A stretch of 64,000 nucleotides of DNA from Azolla caroliniana (lineage: Eukaryota > Plantae > Polypodiophyta). The stretch's first letter is position 1. Each line of letters starts with the position of its first letter. The position numbers were made by a program, and so were the translations under genes. Under the pieces are notes generated by a model. The model ran no database searches. It saw only the letters and a program-made list of their open reading frames with translations, and was not told where the DNA came from. Below are positions 61,501 to 64,000 of this stretch, piece after piece. Where the stretch lies: NCBI GenBank assembly GCA_043228905.1, contig JBHGNT010000013.1, positions 5,642,001 to 5,706,000 of the forward strand, written 5' to 3'.

Positions 61501-64000
61501 TTTCTTCTTTCACTTTAATAGCATAATTTGGATTTAAACGATACCTGCGTTGTTGAACTGGTTTTGCATATTTATGTAGGTTGATTTAGTGTTGGCAGAA
61601 AGTTGGGTCAAGCCCTTTCATATCTTCAAAAGACCAAGCAAATACATCCTTATATTGCTTTAGTAACCTAGTTAATCATTGCTTATCAACTTTGGACATA
61701 TCCTTAGCAATCATCATTGTTTTCGACTCAGCCCCCTTATCATTCTCTACCAAATTTACTTCCTCAAATGTTGAAGGTTGAACCCGCTAGGATACCTTCA
61801 TTTCTTTTTCGGTAGCTTCCTGTTGCAGTCGAATTTCTTTCATTGTTTGTTCATCTATTGGCAATTCCTCTTGCGAATCCACATATGGTGTGAAGGCTTG
61901 TAAGATGTCTACTTCAAACAAAGGAATGATTTTTGGGTTATCATTAAAATAATGATTCTCCTCTACCTCATCTAGTCCTTCCATCATATTGATAGCCTCA
62001 GCATGAACTGGCAAACATTGTTTGCTTGTCGTAATCTTATTTTGTGTAGACACCCGGATTTTTGTTTTACCTTTTCGGAATGTCGGTAAATTCTGATTCC
62101 AATTCTGCTTAATATTAGCCATTTTTAGCTATGGTCGGCCTAATAATAAAGGATATGCTCCATGTGCCTCCAAATGAAGTACCATTGCCGATATTTGAAA
62201 AGTATGTCCTCCTAAGACCACGTCTAACTGTCGGAGTTGACCGATCGGTCAGACTGTACCGGTATCCGCCATTTTGAGCCAAAATGGGCATGCTTCCCAT
62301 TTGGTAATACCCAACCTATCACAGGTAGTTTGATTAATGACATTAACTCATGAACCACCATCGACAATAGCACCTTCTATTTCCTGACCATGAATTTATT
62401 ACTTTAATGGATGGATTTTGCTCATCCATGATCAAAGGACTAGTAATTGGTTGACTATAGTGCACTGCTACCTGTTCCGATCCTTTTTGGGCAATCAATG
62501 TTGCCACTTTTTTGGTAAACTGAGGAACTAACTTGAGTAATCCGGTCAAAGGTAATGATACCTAGCAATCTGCCAAGATCTTCCAAGTTTCCTCTTGTTC
62601 CGGTACTGCTACAGCTCCCGGTAATTCCGTAGTTTGGTTAATTTCATTATCTTGGAGCATTCGGGATACATTATTTTGATTTGCTTCTTCTACCCATTCC
62701 TTAGCTGCTTTTCGGACAACTTCCTGAATTTCCCACTCAGATTGTTTACTTTTGCTTCTAGTGGTTACTTGCTGTATTTCTAGCATAACCTCATTAATAA
62801 CCGATGCTTTTCCTTTTCCTTTAGAGGGACACTGATTTGCATAATGACCATTTTGTCGGCAAATATAGCAAATAGGAACAAATGTTCCACTTCCTTCACC
62901 ATGCACAAATTGATGATTTCCATTCCCTTCGCTTTGCATAAACTGTTGACCTCCATTCCCATTAGAATCTGGAGGTTGTTGAAATTTCCGTAAGGCTTTA
63001 TGCTTAGAGAAATTTTTATTTTTATAACAGTTTTGCTTAAACCGTCCTCCATTCTGTTGTTGCTAATTATTATTCTGTGCCGCCGAGAAATCTTGATTTT
63101 GTTGAAAATTCTCCTAGTATCCATTATTGAACATATTTTGTTGTTCTGATACCCATTTTCCGGAAAGATTTGTCGTACCGGCGCTGTTGTTTTATTGAGT
63201 AAATTATATTCACATTGCTCAACCGAATGTAGTTTAGAATGACATATTGTGCAATGTGTCCATAAACTACATTCGATTGCCGAATGCCCAGTATTCAAGC
63301 AAGTAGTACATTGTACTCCTTGTCTGAATTGTAACTCCTCTAGAGTTGGCAATGTACGATGTAATGCTGACATATCCATACTCCTTACATTTATTGGAGT
63401 CTGACCCATAGTTATTGCCTTATAAATCACTTGCTCTATCATCTGATTCCGGAAATCTAACACTTTCAATGTTGTTCGTAATGGTTCACGAATTGCTTCA
63501 AGGAATACATCCCTCAATTCGTTATCTGGAATAGGCCTGGAGATTTGGAGTTGTAAATTTCGAAAATGGATGACAAATTGAGACACCGTTTCATGTGACT
63601 CCTGATATAACGCATAAAATTGCGCTATTAGATCCTTCTGAGGAATCTGAAGATGAAATAATTGCAGAAATTTGCTGGTCAATTGTTCGAATATTTCAAA
63701 CACATGGAGACCATTTTGCGCAAACCAATTAGCGGACTGACCATCCAATGACAAAACAAACTCAGCAATCTTAGACTTATCTTCGGCTGCTGCCGACAGT
63801 CTCTAAGCTTCATGGTTAATCTCCCATGTTGTCAAGAAGTCCCTGGCATGCGCTTCTGCATCAGCTCCTTCACAGAACTTAGAATACAGATAAGGCATAT
63901 TTTCTTCACTCCAGATATCGTAAAATGATACCTCTTCCACCTGATTTTCGTCTGAAGACTGGCTATCAGTTAAATCGGGAATTGCAGACCACCTTCTACT

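Larger units (their letters stand above)
55407..64000 (-). mobile_element. Element C (diverged A family), continues beyond window
   Basis: 3' LTR 55407-55872, extra ORF ~55925-58501, A-rich spacer, degenerate IN-RH-RT-PR-gag 58912-63900 colinear with A. Confidence 0.93.

Overview
The window is a gene-free nest of plant retrotransposons. Fern or another non-seed plant is an inference from the element types. It holds six Ty1/copia elements or fragments, two Tf2/Tcn1-like chromovirus relics, a 5'-truncated LINE, at least four solo LTRs and four members of one non-chromovirus Ty3/gypsy family (A 14620-24492, B 35222-37995, C 55407 to beyond the window, relic D 33598-35057). No host gene is supported. 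The main observation concerns the three members with a visible 3' end (A, B, C). None has a polypurine tract next to the 3' LTR. Each has instead a length-conserved tRNA-Arg-like 3' half (GG(G/A)TTCG, a covarying hairpin, then CCCAC.GG.GTGCCA) ending 2 nt before the LTR. A and B also keep a normal tRNA-Arg PBS at the 5' LTR. This suggests tRNA or tRNA-mimic priming of plus-strand DNA. The family also carries a ~970-codon coiled-coil extra ORF. Three chromovirus-type LTRs separately contain an antisense tRNA-derived cassette in U3, and one chromovirus appears to be self-primed like Tf1. All coordinates were read by eye and no searches were run.
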